Of a stretch of DNA of 64,000 nt, positions 31,503 to 44,089 are shown piece after piece. The position numbers and the translations under genes were made by a program. Where the stretch lies: assembly GCA_965202785.1 (NCBI GenBank), contig OZ241855.1:1376001-1440000 (forward strand), given 5' to 3'. Numbering within the stretch: the stretch's first letter is position 1; each line of letters opens with the position of its first letter. The notes beneath the pieces are model-generated. The model worked only from the letters and a program-made list of their open reading frames with translations. It had not been told where the DNA came from and made no database searches. Source of the DNA: Thermodesulfobacteriota bacterium (GTDB lineage Bacteria > Desulfobacterota_D > UBA1144 > Nemesobacterales > Nemesobacteraceae).

Positions 31503-32783
31503 ATGAAAGTACTTGTCATCGGAGGTGGCGGGAGGGAACATGCACTCTGCTGGAAGATAAGCCAGAGTCCCCTTGTGGAGAAAACCTATTGCGCACCAGG
31601 GAACGCCGGGATAAGCCGCCATGCCGAGTGTGTGGCTATCGGCGTTGGAGATTTTGATTCGCTTGCGCGGTTTGTCAAGAAAGAGTCGGTGGACCTTACG
31701 GTTGTCGGTCCCGAGCAGCCTCTTTGCGAAGGAATAACCGATTTCTTTGAAAAAGAGGGTCTTTTGATTTTTGGTCCCTCTAAAGCTGCGGCGGAGCTTG
31801 AGGGAAGCAAGAGTTTCTCAAAAGGCCTGATGAAGAAATACGGAATTCCAACCGGAGAATATTCCGTGTTCACCGATATCGGACAGGCGATTGCCAAGAT
31901 AGGGGAAACCGAGCCCCCTTTCGTAGTGAAGGCCGATGGTCTCGCCGCCGGCAAAGGCGTTATCATATGCGCTTCTCAAGCGGAGGGCGAGGAGGCGCTT
32001 CGCTCAATGATGGAGCGCGGAGCATTCGGCGAGGCAGGGACAAAAGTCGTGATAGAGGAATTTCTTACGGGCGAGGAGGCTTCCTTTTTTGCCTTTACCG
32101 ACGGGGAAGCCGTACTTCCTCTCGAGCCTTCCCAGGACCATAAGCCAATCTTTGACGGAGACAGGGGACCGAACACAGGAGGCATGGGGGCTTACACTCC
32201 CGCCCCCGTGGTTACCGACCAGCTTAGGCAGAGAATAATTGACGAAGTCATGGTTCCAACCGTGCGGGCGATGAAATCCGAGGGGAGAACTTACAGGGGA
32301 ATTCTCTACGCCGGACTGATGATAAAGGACAATGAACTCAAGGTGCTTGAATTTAACTGCCGCTTCGGCGACCCCGAAGCTCAGCCTCTTCTTATGAGAA
32401 TGGAATCGGACATCGTTCCTATTCTTTATTCAATAGCTAAGGGGGAGGTAAAGTGTGATCCGATAGAGTGGAAGGACAGTTTCTGCGTCTGCGTCGTCAT
32501 GGCTTCCAGGGGTTACCCGGGAAGCTATGACAAGGGTGTGGAACTTAAAAGGCTCGGGGACTTCACTGACACTTCGGAGACGGTGGTTTTTCACGCGGGA
32601 ACCGCTTTTTCCGAGGGAAAACTTGTTACAAGCGGCGGCAGGGTCTTGGGAGTTACCTCCCTTGGAGATACCATAGAGGAATCCATACGGAGCGCATATA
32701 AGGCCGTCGATTCCATTTCCGATGAAAATCTGATCTACAGGACGGATATAGGAAAGAAGGCGCTTTTGCGGATCGGTCGCTGA
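31503..32783 (+). CDS. purD: Phosphoribosylamine-glycine ligase
   Basis: GGGGREHAL, KADGLAAGKGV, GPNTGGMGAY, EFNCRFGDPE. Confidence 0.97.
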   Translation: MKVLVIGGGGREHALCWKISQSPLVEKTYCAPGNAGISRHAECVAIGVGDFDSLARFVKKESVDLTVVGPEQPLCEGITDFFEKEGLLIFGPSKAAAELEGSKSFSKGLMKKYGIPTGEYSVFTDIGQAIAKIGETEPPFVVKADGLAAGKGVIICASQAEGEEALRSMMERGAFGEAGTKVVIEEFLTGEEASFFAFTDGEAVLPLEPSQDHKPIFDGDRGPNTGGMGAYTPAPVVTDQLRQRIIDEVMVPTVRAMKSEGRTYRGILYAGLMIKDNELKVLEFNCRFGDPEAQPLLMRMESDIVPILYSIAKGEVKCDPIEWKDSFCVCVVMASRGYPGSYDKGVELKRLGDFTDTSETVVFHAGTAFSEGKLVTSGGRVLGVTSLGDTIEESIRSAYKAVDSISDENLIYRTDIGKKALLRIGR

Positions 32784-32989
32784 TGCGTCTTGAACATGTC
32801 CGTCTTAGGAAACCCGGATCCATGAATTAATGACTTTTAGGGCTCTTTGGGGGCAGCTGCAACCATTTTTAGACAGCGTTTAATAAAGTTTATCTAGCCC
32901 CAAAAATTTTTTGTTGAAAACCTGTTTTCTTTCTGTAATATAGTCCTTCCCTTGATTTGGGGTTTAGCGGTTTTTTTCCGTTTTCTCAT

Positions 32990-33019
32990 TTGACATCCGT
33001 CCGTTATTAAGCTTATAAT
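32990..33019 (+). promoter_or_regulatory. Sigma70-type promoter of the ribosomal cluster
   Basis: Perfect TTGACA (32990-32995), 18-nt spacer, TATAAT (33014-33019) upstream of rpsL. Confidence 0.75.
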
Positions 33020-33055
33020 GATCGGATTACCCAAATTTTGGGAGAGGATGATTTT

Positions 33056-33915
<860 letters not shown>

Positions 33916-33932
33916 TTCCCCGGAGGATCAAG

Positions 33933-36017
33933 GTGTCAGAACAGATATTCCCCATAGACAGGGTGAGAAACATCGGAATTGTTGCTCACATAGACGCTGG
34001 AAAGACCACTACTACTGAAAGAATACTTTTCTATACTGGCATAACCTACAAAATCGGCGAGGTGCACGAAGGCGCGGCAACCATGGACTGGATGGAGCAG
34101 GAGCGGGAAAGAGGCATCACCATTACTTCCGCTACCACTACGTGTTTCTGGAAAGACTGCAGGATAAACATCATAGATACTCCCGGCCACGTTGATTTCA
34201 CCATAGAGGTTGAAAGATCACTCAAGGTGCTTGACGGAGCAGTGGTTGTGTTTGACTGTGTCGGAGGAGTCGAACCTCAGACTGAGACGGTTTGGGGACA
34301 GGCCGACCGGTATTCAGTTCCAAGAATGTGTTTTGTGAACAAGATGGACAGGGTCGGGGCGGATTTCTACAAGGTCGTGGACCAGATAGTTGAGAGACTC
34401 AGCGCGAATCCCGTGTGTCTTCAGATTCCTTGGTTTGACGGCGACGACTTCACAGGAATAGTTGACCTGATAAGGATGAAAATGGCGGTCTGGGACGGGG
34501 AAAGCCTCGGGGCCAAGTTTGAATTCATTGATATTCCCGAGGATACGAAGGAGCGAGCGGCCGAATACAGGGAGAAACTTATAGAAGCTCTTTCGGATGA
34601 CGACGAGGAGATAATGGAGCTTTATCTCGACGGAGAAGATGTCCCCGAAGAGATGATCCGGAAATCCATAAGACGACAGACAATCAATGCGACCATAGTC
34701 CCGGTTATGCTGGGATCGGCTTTTAAGAACAAGGGAGTGCAGCTCCTGCTTGACGCCGTTGTGGAATACATGCCTGCTCCCGTGGATCTGCCACCGGTAA
34801 AAGGCATTCATCCCAAAACCGATGAGGAAACCGAGAGAAAACCCGACAAAGAAGAACCATTCTCCGCGCTTGCGTTTAAGATCATGTCGGACCCGTTCGT
34901 TGGCCAGCTTACCTACCTTCGGGTTTATTCAGGAAAACTTAAATCAGGCACTACCGTCTACAATTCATCCAATCTTAAGAATGAGAAAATCGGAAGACTT
35001 CTTCGCATGCACGCGGAAAAACGCGAGGATATAAAAGAGGTTGAGGCCGGTGGTATAGCGGCCGCGGTCGGGCTTAAGAACACTCTTACGGGCGATACTC
35101 TGTGCTCGGATTCAAAACCCGTCATACTTGAGAGTCTTCATATCTCGGACCCGGTAATTTCAATTGCAATAGAGCCTAAGTCAAACGCCGACCAGGAGAG
35201 ACTCGGCCTCTCGCTTAGCAAGCTTGCCATGGAGGATCCTTCCTTCAAGGTGAAAACCGATGAGGAGACCCGCCAGACGGTGATTTCTGGCATGGGGGAG
35301 CTTCACCTTGAGATAATCGTCGACAGGCTTAAAAGGGAATTCAAGGTCGATGCGAACGTAGGAAAGCCTCAGGTTGCTTACAGAGAGACGATAACCGCCA
35401 CTTCTCAAACCGAAGGGAAGTACATAAGGCAGACCGGTGGGCGCGGTCAGTACGGCCATGTGAAGATAAGGGTGGAGCCTCTTGAGAGGGGCGAAGGATT
35501 TGAGTTCCGCGATCAGATAAAGGGAGGGGTGATTCCCAAGGAGTTTATTCCCGCGGTGGAGAAGGGGATAGTCGAGGCCATGGATACTGGAGTTGTCTCC
35601 GGGTATCCGGTCGTTGACGTGGCGGTCACTCTTTACGACGGTTCTTTTCACGATGTCGATTCCTCAGAGATCGCCTTTAAGATCGCCGGCTCCATGGCAT
35701 TTAAGGAGGCGATTCATAAATCTTCTCCGGTTGTGCTTGAGCCCGTAATGAAGCTTGAGGTAGTTGTTCCGGAAGCTCACATGGGAAATGTCATAGGTGA
35801 TCTGAGTTCAAGGCGCGGAAGAGTAAGCAGTACGGAAATGAGAGGTGCTATGCAGGCGGTAAAGGCGGAAGTTCCGCTTGGCGAAATGTTCGGTTACGCG
35901 ACCCACTTGAGGTCAATGACCGAAGGTAGGGGGCTGTTCACTATGGAGTTCTCCCACTACTTCGCCTTGCCTGCCAACATAGCCGAAGAATTAAAACAGG
36001 CAGCCAATGTCAGCTGA
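33933..36017 (+). CDS. fusA: Elongation factor G
   Basis: [25 protein letters not shown]; GTG start after GGAGG. Confidence 0.98.
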   Translation: MSEQIFPIDRVRNIGIVAHIDAGKTTTTERILFYTGITYKIGEVHEGAATMDWMEQERERGITITSATTTCFWKDCRINIIDTPGHVDFTIEVERSLKVLDGAVVVFDCVGGVEPQTETVWGQADRYSVPRMCFVNKMDRVGADFYKVVDQIVERLSANPVCLQIPWFDGDDFTGIVDLIRMKMAVWDGESLGAKFEFIDIPEDTKERAAEYREKLIEALSDDDEEIMELYLDGEDVPEEMIRKSIRRQTINATIVPVMLGSAFKNKGVQLLLDAVVEYMPAPVDLPPVKGIHPKTDEETERKPDKEEPFSALAFKIMSDPFVGQLTYLRVYSGKLKSGTTVYNSSNLKNEKIGRLLRMHAEKREDIKEVEAGGIAAAVGLKNTLTGDTLCSDSKPVILESLHISDPVISIAIEPKSNADQERLGLSLSKLAMEDPSFKVKTDEETRQTVISGMGELHLEIIVDRLKREFKVDANVGKPQVAYRETITATSQTEGKYIRQTGGRGQYGHVKIRVEPLERGEGFEFRDQIKGGVIPKEFIPAVEKGIVEAMDTGVVSGYPVVDVAVTLYDGSFHDVDSSEIAFKIAGSMAFKEAIHKSSPVVLEPVMKLEVVVPEAHMGNVIGDLSSRRGRVSSTEMRGAMQAVKAEVPLGEMFGYATHLRSMTEGRGLFTMEFSHYFALPANIAEELKQAANVS

Positions 36018-36055
36018 TATTTTTATGTTCTTTTTAACAAGGAGGTCAACGAGAA

Positions 36056-37240
36056 ATGTCTAAGGCGAAGTTTGAGAGGGGGAAGCCTCATTTAAACATA
36101 GGGACGATAGGGCATGTGGATCATGGGAAGACTACGTTAACTGCGGCGATAACGAGCATATTGTCGAAGCGAGGTCAGGCGGAGTACGTTGAGTTTGACA
36201 ACATAGACAAGGCGCCAGAAGAGAGGGAGAGGGGGATAACGATAAACATAGCGCATGTGGAGTATGAGACGGACATAAGGCATTACGCTCACGTTGACTG
36301 TCCCGGGCACGCCGACTACGTGAAGAACATGATAACGGGTGCGGCGCAGATGGACGGAGCCGTGTTGGTGGTGAGCGCGCCTGACGGGCCGATGCCTCAG
36401 ACAAGGGAGCACATACTGCTTGCGAGGCAGGTAGGGGTGCCGTACATAGTGGTAGCGCTTAACAAGGTGGACATGCTTGATGACGAGGAGTTGCTGGAGC
36501 TGGTGGAGCTTGAGATAAGGGAGTTGCTTAGCGAGTACGGGTTTCCCGGGGACGACATACCGATTGTGAAGGTAAGCGCGCTTAAGGCGATAGAAGGGGA
36601 CGAGGGGGCAGCGGAGCAGGTAGTGGAGTTAATGGACCAGATAGACAGTTATGTGCCTGAGCCGGAGAGGGACATGGACAAGCCGTTTTTGATGGCGATA
36701 GAGGACGTGTTCACGATATCTGGAAGGGGCACGGTGGTAACAGGGAGAGTGGAGAGGGGAAGGATAGTGGCGGGGAACGAGATAGAGATAGTAGGGTTTA
36801 AAGATACAACAAAGACCGTAGCCACGAGTTTGGAGATGTTCCGCAAGATACTTGACGATGCTCAGGCGGGGGACAACGTGGGAGTATTGCTCAGGGGAAT
36901 AGGGAAGGAAGAGGTAGAGAGGGGTCAGGTGTTGAGTGCTCCTGGGAGCATAAAGCCACACAGGAAGTTCAAGGCGGAGGTGTATGTGTTAAAGAAGGAG
37001 GAGGGGGGAAGGCACACGCCGTTTTTCCCTGGGTACCGGCCGCAGTTTTATTTAAGGACGACGGATGTGACTGGGGCGGTGATATTGCCAGAGGGGGTGG
37101 AGATGGTGATGCCTGGGGACAATGTGAGCATGGACGTTGAGTTGATAGCGCCTGTGGCTATGGAGGAGCAGTTGCGTTTTGCGATAAGAGAGGGTGGAAG
37201 AACAGTTGGGGCAGGTGTAGTAACAGAGATCATTGAGTGA
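36056..37240 (+). CDS. tuf: Elongation factor Tu
   Basis: [31 protein letters not shown]. Confidence 0.99.
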   Translation: MSKAKFERGKPHLNIGTIGHVDHGKTTLTAAITSILSKRGQAEYVEFDNIDKAPEERERGITINIAHVEYETDIRHYAHVDCPGHADYVKNMITGAAQMDGAVLVVSAPDGPMPQTREHILLARQVGVPYIVVALNKVDMLDDEELLELVELEIRELLSEYGFPGDDIPIVKVSALKAIEGDEGAAEQVVELMDQIDSYVPEPERDMDKPFLMAIEDVFTISGRGTVVTGRVERGRIVAGNEIEIVGFKDTTKTVATSLEMFRKILDDAQAGDNVGVLLRGIGKEEVERGQVLSAPGSIKPHRKFKAEVYVLKKEEGGRHTPFFPGYRPQFYLRTTDVTGAVILPEGVEMVMPGDNVSMDVELIAPVAMEEQLRFAIREGGRTVGAGVVTEIIE

Positions 37241-37560
37241 TGAGCAAGGCTTCGAAAATAAGAATAAAGCTTAAGTCTTTTGATTACAGGCTTCTTGATA
37301 ATTCAACGGAGGAAATTGTTGATACTGCCAAGAGAACGGGCGCGAGAATAGCGGGTCCGGTTCCGCTTCCTACCAGTATAAACAGGTACTGCGTGCTGCG
37401 CGGTCCTCACGTGAACAAGAATTCAAGAGAGCATTTCGAAATAAGAACGCACAAAAGGCTTGTAGATATACTTGAACCTACCCAGCAGACGATAGATGAA
37501 CTTATGAAACTGAATCTTGCTTCGGGTGTGGAAGTGGAGATAAAACTGACGGGTTCGTAA
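37240..37560 (+). CDS. rpsJ: 30S ribosomal protein S10
   Basis: [17 protein letters not shown]; its ATG overlaps the tuf TGA. Confidence 0.97.
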   Translation: MSKASKIRIKLKSFDYRLLDNSTEEIVDTAKRTGARIAGPVPLPTSINRYCVLRGPHVNKNSREHFEIRTHKRLVDILEPTQQTIDELMKLNLASGVEVEIKLTGS

Positions 37561-37563
37561 AAA

Positions 37564-38208
37564 ATGATTCAGGGAATTATAGGAAGAAAAAGAGGGATGA
37601 CCGAGTTTTTCAACGACGACATGGTGAAAGTTGTCACTACCGTGGTTGAAGCGGGCCCGTGCTTCGTGGTTTCGAAAAAAACCAAGGACTCAGACGGTTA
37701 CGACGCCGTTCAGCTCGGCTTTGGGGATGTAAAACCCCAGCGGCTCACGCGCCCCATGAAGGGACATTTCACAAAAGCCGGAGTGAACCCTACCGCGAAG
37801 CTTAAAGAATTCTCCGCCACAGTTGATGATTACGAGGTTGGGGACGTGGTAAAAGTTGACATTTTCGAGGTTGGAGATGTTCTAGACGTCACAGCTAAAA
37901 GCAAGGGAAAGGGATTCGCCGGCACCATAAAACGTTACAATTTCTCAAGGCAGCCAATGTCCCACGGCGGCATGGCCCACAGAAGGCCCGGCTCCATAGG
38001 ACAGGCGTCATCTCCGGCCAAGGTGTGGAAAGGGTTGAAAATGCCGGGGCGAATGGGTGGAAAGAATGTAACGGTTCAGGGCGTCAAGGTGGTTGATATA
38101 GATGTTGAGAAAAATCTTCTTTTCGTAAAGGGGTCCGTTCCGGGCCCGGTGGGAGGGACGGTTTTTCTCCAGCACACCTCAAAGGGGGCGAAAGATGCTT
38201 CAAGTTGA
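37564..38208 (+). CDS. rplC: 50S ribosomal protein L3
   Basis: GYDAVQLGF, SKGKGFAG, MPGRMG; operon position. Confidence 0.97.
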   Translation: MIQGIIGRKRGMTEFFNDDMVKVVTTVVEAGPCFVVSKKTKDSDGYDAVQLGFGDVKPQRLTRPMKGHFTKAGVNPTAKLKEFSATVDDYEVGDVVKVDIFEVGDVLDVTAKSKGKGFAGTIKRYNFSRQPMSHGGMAHRRPGSIGQASSPAKVWKGLKMPGRMGGKNVTVQGVKVVDIDVEKNLLFVKGSVPGPVGGTVFLQHTSKGAKDASS

Positions 38209-38815
38209 CGTCTACGACATTGCCAGGAAAAAGGTGGGGACCATGGAGCTTCGCTCCGAAATATTTGAAGCTCCGGTCAGAAAGCATTTGCTCCATGAGG
38301 TGATTAACTGGCAGCTTGCCAAAAAAAGGGCCGGAACCTCCTCCACCAAGACAAGAAGCGAAGTACGAGGCGGCGGAGCAAAGCCATGGAAACAGAAACA
38401 CACAGGTCGTGCAAGGGCGGGGTCCAGGCGTTCCCCGATCTGGCGCAAGGGTGGAGTGGTTTTTGGACCGAAGCCGAAAGACTGGTCTTACTCGATTCCG
38501 AAAAAGGTAAGGAAAGGGGCGCTTCTTTCCGCTCTCTCAAGCCGTTTCGGCGAGGGTGCAATAGTTGTGCTCGACAGTTTTGAGCTTCCGGAGATAAAGA
38601 CTAGGCAAGTGGCGAAATTCATGAAGGATTTTGACTTTTCCCAAGCTCTTGTGATTGTCAGTTCGGATAACGAGAATCTCCGTAAGTCGGCAAGGAACAT
38701 ACCTGATGTAAAGGTGCTCAGGGATGATGGACTTAACGTATACGATCTTCTCAGGCACAAGAACATAGTCATGGTGCGGGATTCGGTTGAAAAAATCCAG
38801 GAGAGACTGTCATGA
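38195..38815 (+). CDS. rplD: 50S ribosomal protein L4
   Basis: KPWKQKHTGRARAGS, GGVVFGPKP. Confidence 0.97.
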   Translation: MLQVDVYDIARKKVGTMELRSEIFEAPVRKHLLHEVINWQLAKKRAGTSSTKTRSEVRGGGAKPWKQKHTGRARAGSRRSPIWRKGGVVFGPKPKDWSYSIPKKVRKGALLSALSSRFGEGAIVVLDSFELPEIKTRQVAKFMKDFDFSQALVIVSSDNENLRKSARNIPDVKVLRDDGLNVYDLLRHKNIVMVRDSVEKIQERLS

Positions 38816-39099
38816 AAGATCCCCGCTCGATCATAAAACTTCCTGTGATTACCGAGAAAAGCACAGAGGCCAGGGAAGACGGCTGGTATGTTTTTTCCGT
38901 CGACAGAAGATGCAACAAAAAGGAGATACAGGATTCCGTCGAGAAGATTTTCGGCGTCAAGGTGGACAAGGTGAGAACTCTTGTGCTTCCTGGAAAAAGG
39001 GTGAAAAGATTCGGCAGGGTCGTAGGAAAGAGGTCAGCGGTTAAAAAGGCTTACGTTAAGCTCAGGGAAGGAGAAATCAACCTGTTTGAGGGAGTTTGA
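38812..39099 (+). CDS. rplW: 50S ribosomal protein L23
   Basis: PVITEKS, KKAYVKL; operon position. Confidence 0.96.
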   Translation: MKDPRSIIKLPVITEKSTEAREDGWYVFSVDRRCNKKEIQDSVEKIFGVKVDKVRTLVLPGKRVKRFGRVVGKRSAVKKAYVKLREGEINLFEGV

Positions 39100-39101
39100 T
39101 C

Positions 39102-39944
39102 ATGGGAGTAAAGAAATACAACCCCACGTCTCCGGGAAGAAGGTTCATGTCCGGGTTTGATTTTGAGGAAATAACCTCAAAAAAGCCCCACAAGTCCCTT
39201 ACGGTTTCTCTTAAAAAGAACTCAGGACGCAACTCGAATGGAAGGATTACCAGCTTCAGAAAAGGCGGTGGTCACAAGAGACGCTACAGAATAATAGATT
39301 TCAAAAGGGACAAGCACGGCATACCCGCCAGAGTTATCTCACTGGAGTATGATCCGTATCGCTCGGCGAGGATTGCTCTTCTATCCTATGCTGACGGTGA
39401 GAAAAGATATATCATAGCTCCTGCAGGCCTTAAAGTGGGTGATGAATTAAATTCCGGACCCGGAGTGGAAGTTTCAAACGGAAATGCTCTTCCCATAGAG
39501 AATATTCCCGTGGGTACGGTTATTCACAACATAGAAATGAGGCCCGGAGGCGGAGGAAAACTGGTTCGTTCCGCAGGTTCGGCAGCGCAGATTGTCGCAA
39601 GGGACGGTAACTACGCCCAGATAAAACTCGCCTCTGGCGAGATAAGGCTGATTCATATTCGGTGCATGGCTACTGTGGGAAGGATCGGAAACGCCGAGAA
39701 CGAGCTTATAGTCTGGGGGAAGGCGGGGAGGTCCCGTCACAAGGGCGTAAGACCCACGGTTCGCGGGGTGGCGATGAATCCAGTTGATCATCCCCATGGC
39801 GGAGGAGAAGGCAAGGCAACCAAGGGAAACCCTCATCCTGTTTCCCCCTGGGGATGGATTACGATAGGAAAGAAGACGAGAAACAACAAGAGAATGGACA
39901 AATATATAGTTAAGCCGAGAAGGGTTGGCTACGGAATGGATTAA
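39102..39944 (+). CDS. rplB: 50S ribosomal protein L2
   Basis: [29 protein letters not shown]. Confidence 0.98.
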   Translation: MGVKKYNPTSPGRRFMSGFDFEEITSKKPHKSLTVSLKKNSGRNSNGRITSFRKGGGHKRRYRIIDFKRDKHGIPARVISLEYDPYRSARIALLSYADGEKRYIIAPAGLKVGDELNSGPGVEVSNGNALPIENIPVGTVIHNIEMRPGGGGKLVRSAGSAAQIVARDGNYAQIKLASGEIRLIHIRCMATVGRIGNAENELIVWGKAGRSRHKGVRPTVRGVAMNPVDHPHGGGEGKATKGNPHPVSPWGWITIGKKTRNNKRMDKYIVKPRRVGYGMD

Positions 39945-39959
39945 TCGCGGGAGCTTCAG

Positions 39960-40238
39960 ATGGCAAGATCAAGTAAAAAGGGACTGTATGTGCACGAAAA
40001 GCTTATGAAGAAAGTTGAGCAGGCGCAGAGTTCCGGGAGTCAGAGAATCATCAGGACCTGGTCGAGAGCCTCAATGATAATACCTGAGATGATAGGAATG
40101 ACTTTCGCGGTTCACAACGGAACGAGGTTTATTCCCGTGTTCGTGTCCGAACAGATGGTTGGACATAAGCTGGGCGAGTTTTCTCCCACAAGGACCTACC
40201 ATGGTCATGCGGGTGATAGAAAAGCTAGGAAAAGATAG
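39960..40238 (+). CDS. rpsS: 30S ribosomal protein S19
   Basis: [18 protein letters not shown]. Confidence 0.98.
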   Translation: MARSSKKGLYVHEKLMKKVEQAQSSGSQRIIRTWSRASMIIPEMIGMTFAVHNGTRFIPVFVSEQMVGHKLGEFSPTRTYHGHAGDRKARKR

Positions 40239-40258
40239 CAACGACTGAGAGATAGCAG

Positions 40259-40597
40259 ATGGTTTCTAAAGCAGTACATAAGTATGCCAGAGTGTCGCCT
40301 AAGAAGGCCAGGGTGGTCCTTGACCTCATAAGGGGGAAAAGCGTGGAGGAAGCTTCCTCGATTCTGCTTTCCGCCCGCAGGAGGGTCTCCCCACTGCTCT
40401 CTAAGCTGCTTAAATCGGCTGTGGCCAACGCCTCTGAGAAAGGATACAGCGACATTGATTCCCTTTACGTAAAGGAAGTCTATGCAACACAGGGTCCGAC
40501 ACTTAAGCGTTTTAGGGCCAGGGCGATGGGAAGGGCCTTTGCCCGTAAAACCAAGATGAGTCATATAACGATAGTACTTGAACAGAGGGGATTCTGA
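40259..40597 (+). CDS. rplV: 50S ribosomal protein L22
   Basis: [28 protein letters not shown]. Confidence 0.97.
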   Translation: MVSKAVHKYARVSPKKARVVLDLIRGKSVEEASSILLSARRRVSPLLSKLLKSAVANASEKGYSDIDSLYVKEVYATQGPTLKRFRARAMGRAFARKTKMSHITIVLEQRGF

Positions 40598-40598
40598 A

Positions 40599-41291
40599 TT
40601 GGGACAGAAAATTAATCCTATAGGACTTCGTATTGGAATAACCAAATCGTGGGATTCCAAGTGGTTTGCCGAGAAACATATGTACAGGTCCCTGCTCAAA
40701 GAGGATATAGACATCCGCAACTACGTGAAGAAGACCTTTTATCAGGCGGCCATCTCGAACATAGAGATTGAAAGGGCCGCGGCGGACAAGGTGAGAATTC
40801 TAGTGTATGCGGCAAGGCCCGGGATCATCATAGGAAGGAAGGGTCAGGAGATAGAGCAACTGAAGAAGAAACTTCAGAAGATGACCGGAAAAGGCATATT
40901 CCTTGACATAAGGGAAGTGAAGAGACCCGAAACCGATGCCCAGCTTGTTGCTGAGAACCTTGCTCTTCAGCTTGAAAGAAGAGTTGCATACAGAAGGGCC
41001 ATGAAAAGGGTGCTTTCATCTTCCATCCGAGCCGGGGTTCTAGGAATAAAAGTCATGGTTGCCGGGCGTCTCGGCGGAGCCGAAATAGCGAGAAGGGAGT
41101 GGTACAGGGAGGGAAGAGTACCCCTCGGTACGCTCCGTGCGGACCTTGACTACGGGGTTGCCGAAGCGTCAACTACCTACGGAGTGATAGGCGTAAAGGT
41201 CTGGATATTCAAAGGCGAGATAATACAGAAAAAGACTAAAGAGAGAGCAGGCGAAGTTCCTGAGAGAGTAGATACCGATGCTTCAGCCTAA
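40599..41291 (+). CDS. rpsC: 30S ribosomal protein S3
   Basis: [20 protein letters not shown]; TTG start at 40599. Confidence 0.97.
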   Translation: MGQKINPIGLRIGITKSWDSKWFAEKHMYRSLLKEDIDIRNYVKKTFYQAAISNIEIERAAADKVRILVYAARPGIIIGRKGQEIEQLKKKLQKMTGKGIFLDIREVKRPETDAQLVAENLALQLERRVAYRRAMKRVLSSSIRAGVLGIKVMVAGRLGGAEIARREWYREGRVPLGTLRADLDYGVAEASTTYGVIGVKVWIFKGEIIQKKTKERAGEVPERVDTDASA

Positions 41292-41700
41292 GAAGACAAA
41301 GTACAGAAAGCAGTTCAAGGGAAGAAACAGAGGAGCAGCGACCCGGGGAACGACATTCGCCTTCGGCGACCTTGCGCTTCAGACATTGGAAAACGGGACG
41401 ATTACCTCAAGGCAGATAGAGGCCGCCCGTATTGCGATCACAAGACACGTGAAAAGGGGAGCAAATCTCTGGATAAGGATATTCCCCTATAAGCCCGTTA
41501 CCAAGAAGCCTGCAGAGACCAGGATGGGAAAGGGCAAGGGGGATGTGGACAAGTACGTGGCGCCAGTAAAAAGAGGACAGTTTCTTTACGAAATATCGGG
41601 AGTAAGCGAAGAACTTGCACGCTCAGCCTTAAGACTTGCTTCCTATAAGCTTCCTCTTAGAACTAGGATAGTGTCCAGAAGCGAGGAGGAGTTTGTCTGA
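41278..41700 (+). CDS. rplP: 50S ribosomal protein L16
   Basis: [16 protein letters not shown]. Confidence 0.98.
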   Translation: MLQPKKTKYRKQFKGRNRGAATRGTTFAFGDLALQTLENGTITSRQIEAARIAITRHVKRGANLWIRIFPYKPVTKKPAETRMGKGKGDVDKYVAPVKRGQFLYEISGVSEELARSALRLASYKLPLRTRIVSRSEEEFV

Positions 41701-41906
41701 TGGCAACGAATGCGGAAGAACTAAGAAACCTCACGCCCGAAGAACTGAACAAGCGCCATCGTGACGCGAATGAAGAGCTTTTCAATGTCAGAATACAGGT
41801 TGCCACTGGACAGAACCCCAACAATGCGAGGGTAAAGCAGCTGAGAAGGGAGATTGCGAGGATACTTACCATAAAAAAACAGCGGGATACGGCTTCGGAG
41901 AGTTAA
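41700..41906 (+). CDS. rpmC: 50S ribosomal protein L29
   Basis: ELFNVR, RREIARILT; operon position. Confidence 0.95.
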   Translation: MATNAEELRNLTPEELNKRHRDANEELFNVRIQVATGQNPNNARVKQLRREIARILTIKKQRDTASES

Positions 41907-41910
41907 TTCC

Positions 41911-42171
41911 ATGGAAAGAGGAAAGTTAAAGACCAGAACGGGGATTGTGGTGGGTAACAAGATGGACAAGACCGCGGTCGTGGAAGTACGGCGGATCAAA
42001 AGTCACGGTCGGTATAAAAAGCAAATAAGAATCAGCAAGCGATTTAAGGTCCATGATGAGCGCAACGAGTGCAACATAGGAGACAAGGTCACGATAATAG
42101 AGTCAAGGCCCCACAGCAAAACCAAGAGGTGGAGGCTGGGCAAAGTGGTCAGTCAGGCCGCAAGTGCGTAG
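41911..42171 (+). CDS. rpsQ: 30S ribosomal protein S17
   Basis: KMDKTAVV, ESRPHSKTKRW. Confidence 0.97.
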   Translation: MERGKLKTRTGIVVGNKMDKTAVVEVRRIKSHGRYKKQIRISKRFKVHDERNECNIGDKVTIIESRPHSKTKRWRLGKVVSQAASA

Positions 42172-42209
42172 GGCATGGTTTTTGATTCTTCGGTCTACGG
42201 GAGAAAGAA

Positions 42210-42578
42210 ATGATTCAGTCAAGCACATATCTGGACTCGGCGGATAACACAGGAGCCAAAAGGCTTTTCTGCATAAAGGTCTTGGGAGGGTCCGGAAGAA
42301 AGTATGCGCGGCTGGGAGATGTTGTTGTGGTTTCGGTCAAGCAGGCCATTCCGAAGTCCAAGGTGGAGAAAGGTTCTGTGTACAAAGCCGTGATAGTCAG
42401 GGTGAGGAAGGAACAGAGAAGGCCGGATGGTACATACGTGCGCTTTGATAACAACGCCGCCGTTATAATAGACAAGGAAAACGAACCGATAGGTACGAGG
42501 GTTTTCGGACCAATCGCGCGTGAACTGAGGCTCAAGGGCTTTATGAAAATCATCTCGCTTGCTCCGGAGGTCGTTTGA
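42210..42578 (+). CDS. rplN: 50S ribosomal protein L14
   Basis: [26 protein letters not shown]. Confidence 0.98.
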   Translation: MIQSSTYLDSADNTGAKRLFCIKVLGGSGRKYARLGDVVVVSVKQAIPKSKVEKGSVYKAVIVRVRKEQRRPDGTYVRFDNNAAVIIDKENEPIGTRVFGPIARELRLKGFMKIISLAPEVV

Positions 42579-42580
42579 AC

Positions 42581-42910
42581 ATGTCCGCTGGAAAGAGAAA
42601 GTTTCACATAAGGGCCGGGGATACGGTCTATGTGGTTGCGGGCAAGGAGAAAGGGAAGACCGGCAAGGTGCTGAGAATTGACAGAAATGTCGAGAAGGCC
42701 TTTGTGGAGAAGCTCAATATCATAAAGAGACACAGCCGTCCGACGCAGAAAAACCCCGCTGGTGGCATCATCGAGAAAGAGGCCGGGATACATGTCTCGA
42801 ATCTGATGCTGTACGATTCTGAGAGCAATCGGCCGGTAAAAGTTGGGTACAGGACCGGCGAAGACGGTAAGAAAGTAAGGTACAACAGAAGGACTGGAAA
42901 GGAAGTCTGA
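42581..42910 (+). CDS. rplX: 50S ribosomal protein L24
   Basis: KOW motif [22 protein letters not shown]. Confidence 0.97.
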   Translation: MSAGKRKFHIRAGDTVYVVAGKEKGKTGKVLRIDRNVEKAFVEKLNIIKRHSRPTQKNPAGGIIEKEAGIHVSNLMLYDSESNRPVKVGYRTGEDGKKVRYNRRTGKEV

Positions 42911-42914
42911 GAAA

Positions 42915-43469
42915 ATGGTTCCGAGAATAAAGACCCTATATATGCACGAGGTCGTGCCTGCGCTGATTGAAAAATTTTCCTACGGAAACGCTATGCAGGT
43001 TCCGAAGCTTGAGAAAATCGTGGTGAACATGGGGCTTGGGAGGCTTAGTGAAGCCGGGAGACAGACAAAGGTAATAGATGAGGCTGTTTCGGAACTTTCA
43101 GACATAACAGGACAAAGGCCGGTGATTACTAAGGCCCGGAAGTCAGTTGCGGGTTTCAAACTCAGGGAAGGCCAGCCGATAGGCTGCATGGTTACGCTCC
43201 GGGGGGAGAGAATGTATGAGTTTTTCGACCGTTTAGTGAATCTCGCCCTTCCAAGAGTCAGAGATTTTAAAGGTCTGCCGCCGAGGGCTTTTGACGGTTC
43301 CGGCAACTATACTCTGGGAATAAGGGAACATCTGGTTTTTCCTGAAATAGATTACAGCAAGGTCCAGTACAACAAGGGAATGAATATTAGTCTGATTACC
43401 ACTTCAAAAACCGATGCTGAGGCCATGGAGCTTCTAGCCGGTCTCGGAGTGCCGTTTGCGAAGAACTAA
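42915..43469 (+). CDS. rplE: 50S ribosomal protein L5
   Basis: [22 protein letters not shown]. Confidence 0.98.
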   Translation: MVPRIKTLYMHEVVPALIEKFSYGNAMQVPKLEKIVVNMGLGRLSEAGRQTKVIDEAVSELSDITGQRPVITKARKSVAGFKLREGQPIGCMVTLRGERMYEFFDRLVNLALPRVRDFKGLPPRAFDGSGNYTLGIREHLVFPEIDYSKVQYNKGMNISLITTSKTDAEAMELLAGLGVPFAKN

Positions 43470-43481
43470 AAGAGAGGAGCT

Positions 43482-43667
43482 ATGACCAGAAAAGCATTGC
43501 TTGAGAAATCGAAGAGAAAGCCGAAGTATCGTGTGCGTGCGGTTAACCGTTGCGTACTTTGCGGAAGGCCGAGAGGCTTCATGAGAAAATTTGGTCTCTG
43601 CAGGATCTGTTTTAGGGATCTTGCCAGCAAGGGACACCTTCCGGGCGTCAGAAAAGCGAGTTTTTAA
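43482..43667 (+). CDS. rpsZ: 30S ribosomal protein S14, zinc-binding (type Z)
   Basis: RCVLCGRPR...LCRICFR, 61 aa. Confidence 0.96.
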   Translation: MTRKALLEKSKRKPKYRVRAVNRCVLCGRPRGFMRKFGLCRICFRDLASKGHLPGVRKASF

Positions 43668-43686
43668 GAAACATGTTGGAGAAAAA

Positions 43687-44079
43687 ATGACGGATCCGAT
43701 TGCAGATATGTTAACTAGGATAAGGAACGCTTTTATGGCGGGTCACGGCCATGTCGAGATTCCCGGTTCGATTATAAAAGGCGAGATTGCCAAGGTTCTT
43801 ACCGAGGAAGGCTACGTGGAGAGTTATAAAATTACTGAAGAAGGGGTAAAGAAAACCATAAGCATCAAGCTGAAATACGGCCCTGACGGCAAAGGGGCCA
43901 TAGAGGAGATAAAGAGAATAAGCAAACCATCAAGAAGGGTTTACGTTGGCAAAGATGATATTCCAAGGGTCAGGGGCGGAATGGGAATTTCAATACTTTC
44001 TACTTCAAACGGAATAATGACGGGGGTTGCTGCAAGGAGCAAAGAGATAGGCGGGGAGATTCTCTGCACGGTGATCTAA
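43687..44079 (+). CDS. rpsH: 30S ribosomal protein S8
   Basis: MTDPIADMLTRIRNA, STSNG, GGEILC; start moved to 43687. Confidence 0.97.
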   Translation: MTDPIADMLTRIRNAFMAGHGHVEIPGSIIKGEIAKVLTEEGYVESYKITEEGVKKTISIKLKYGPDGKGAIEEIKRISKPSRRVYVGKDDIPRVRGGMGISILSTSNGIMTGVAARSKEIGGEILCTVI

Positions 44080-44089
44080 GGACAGACCA

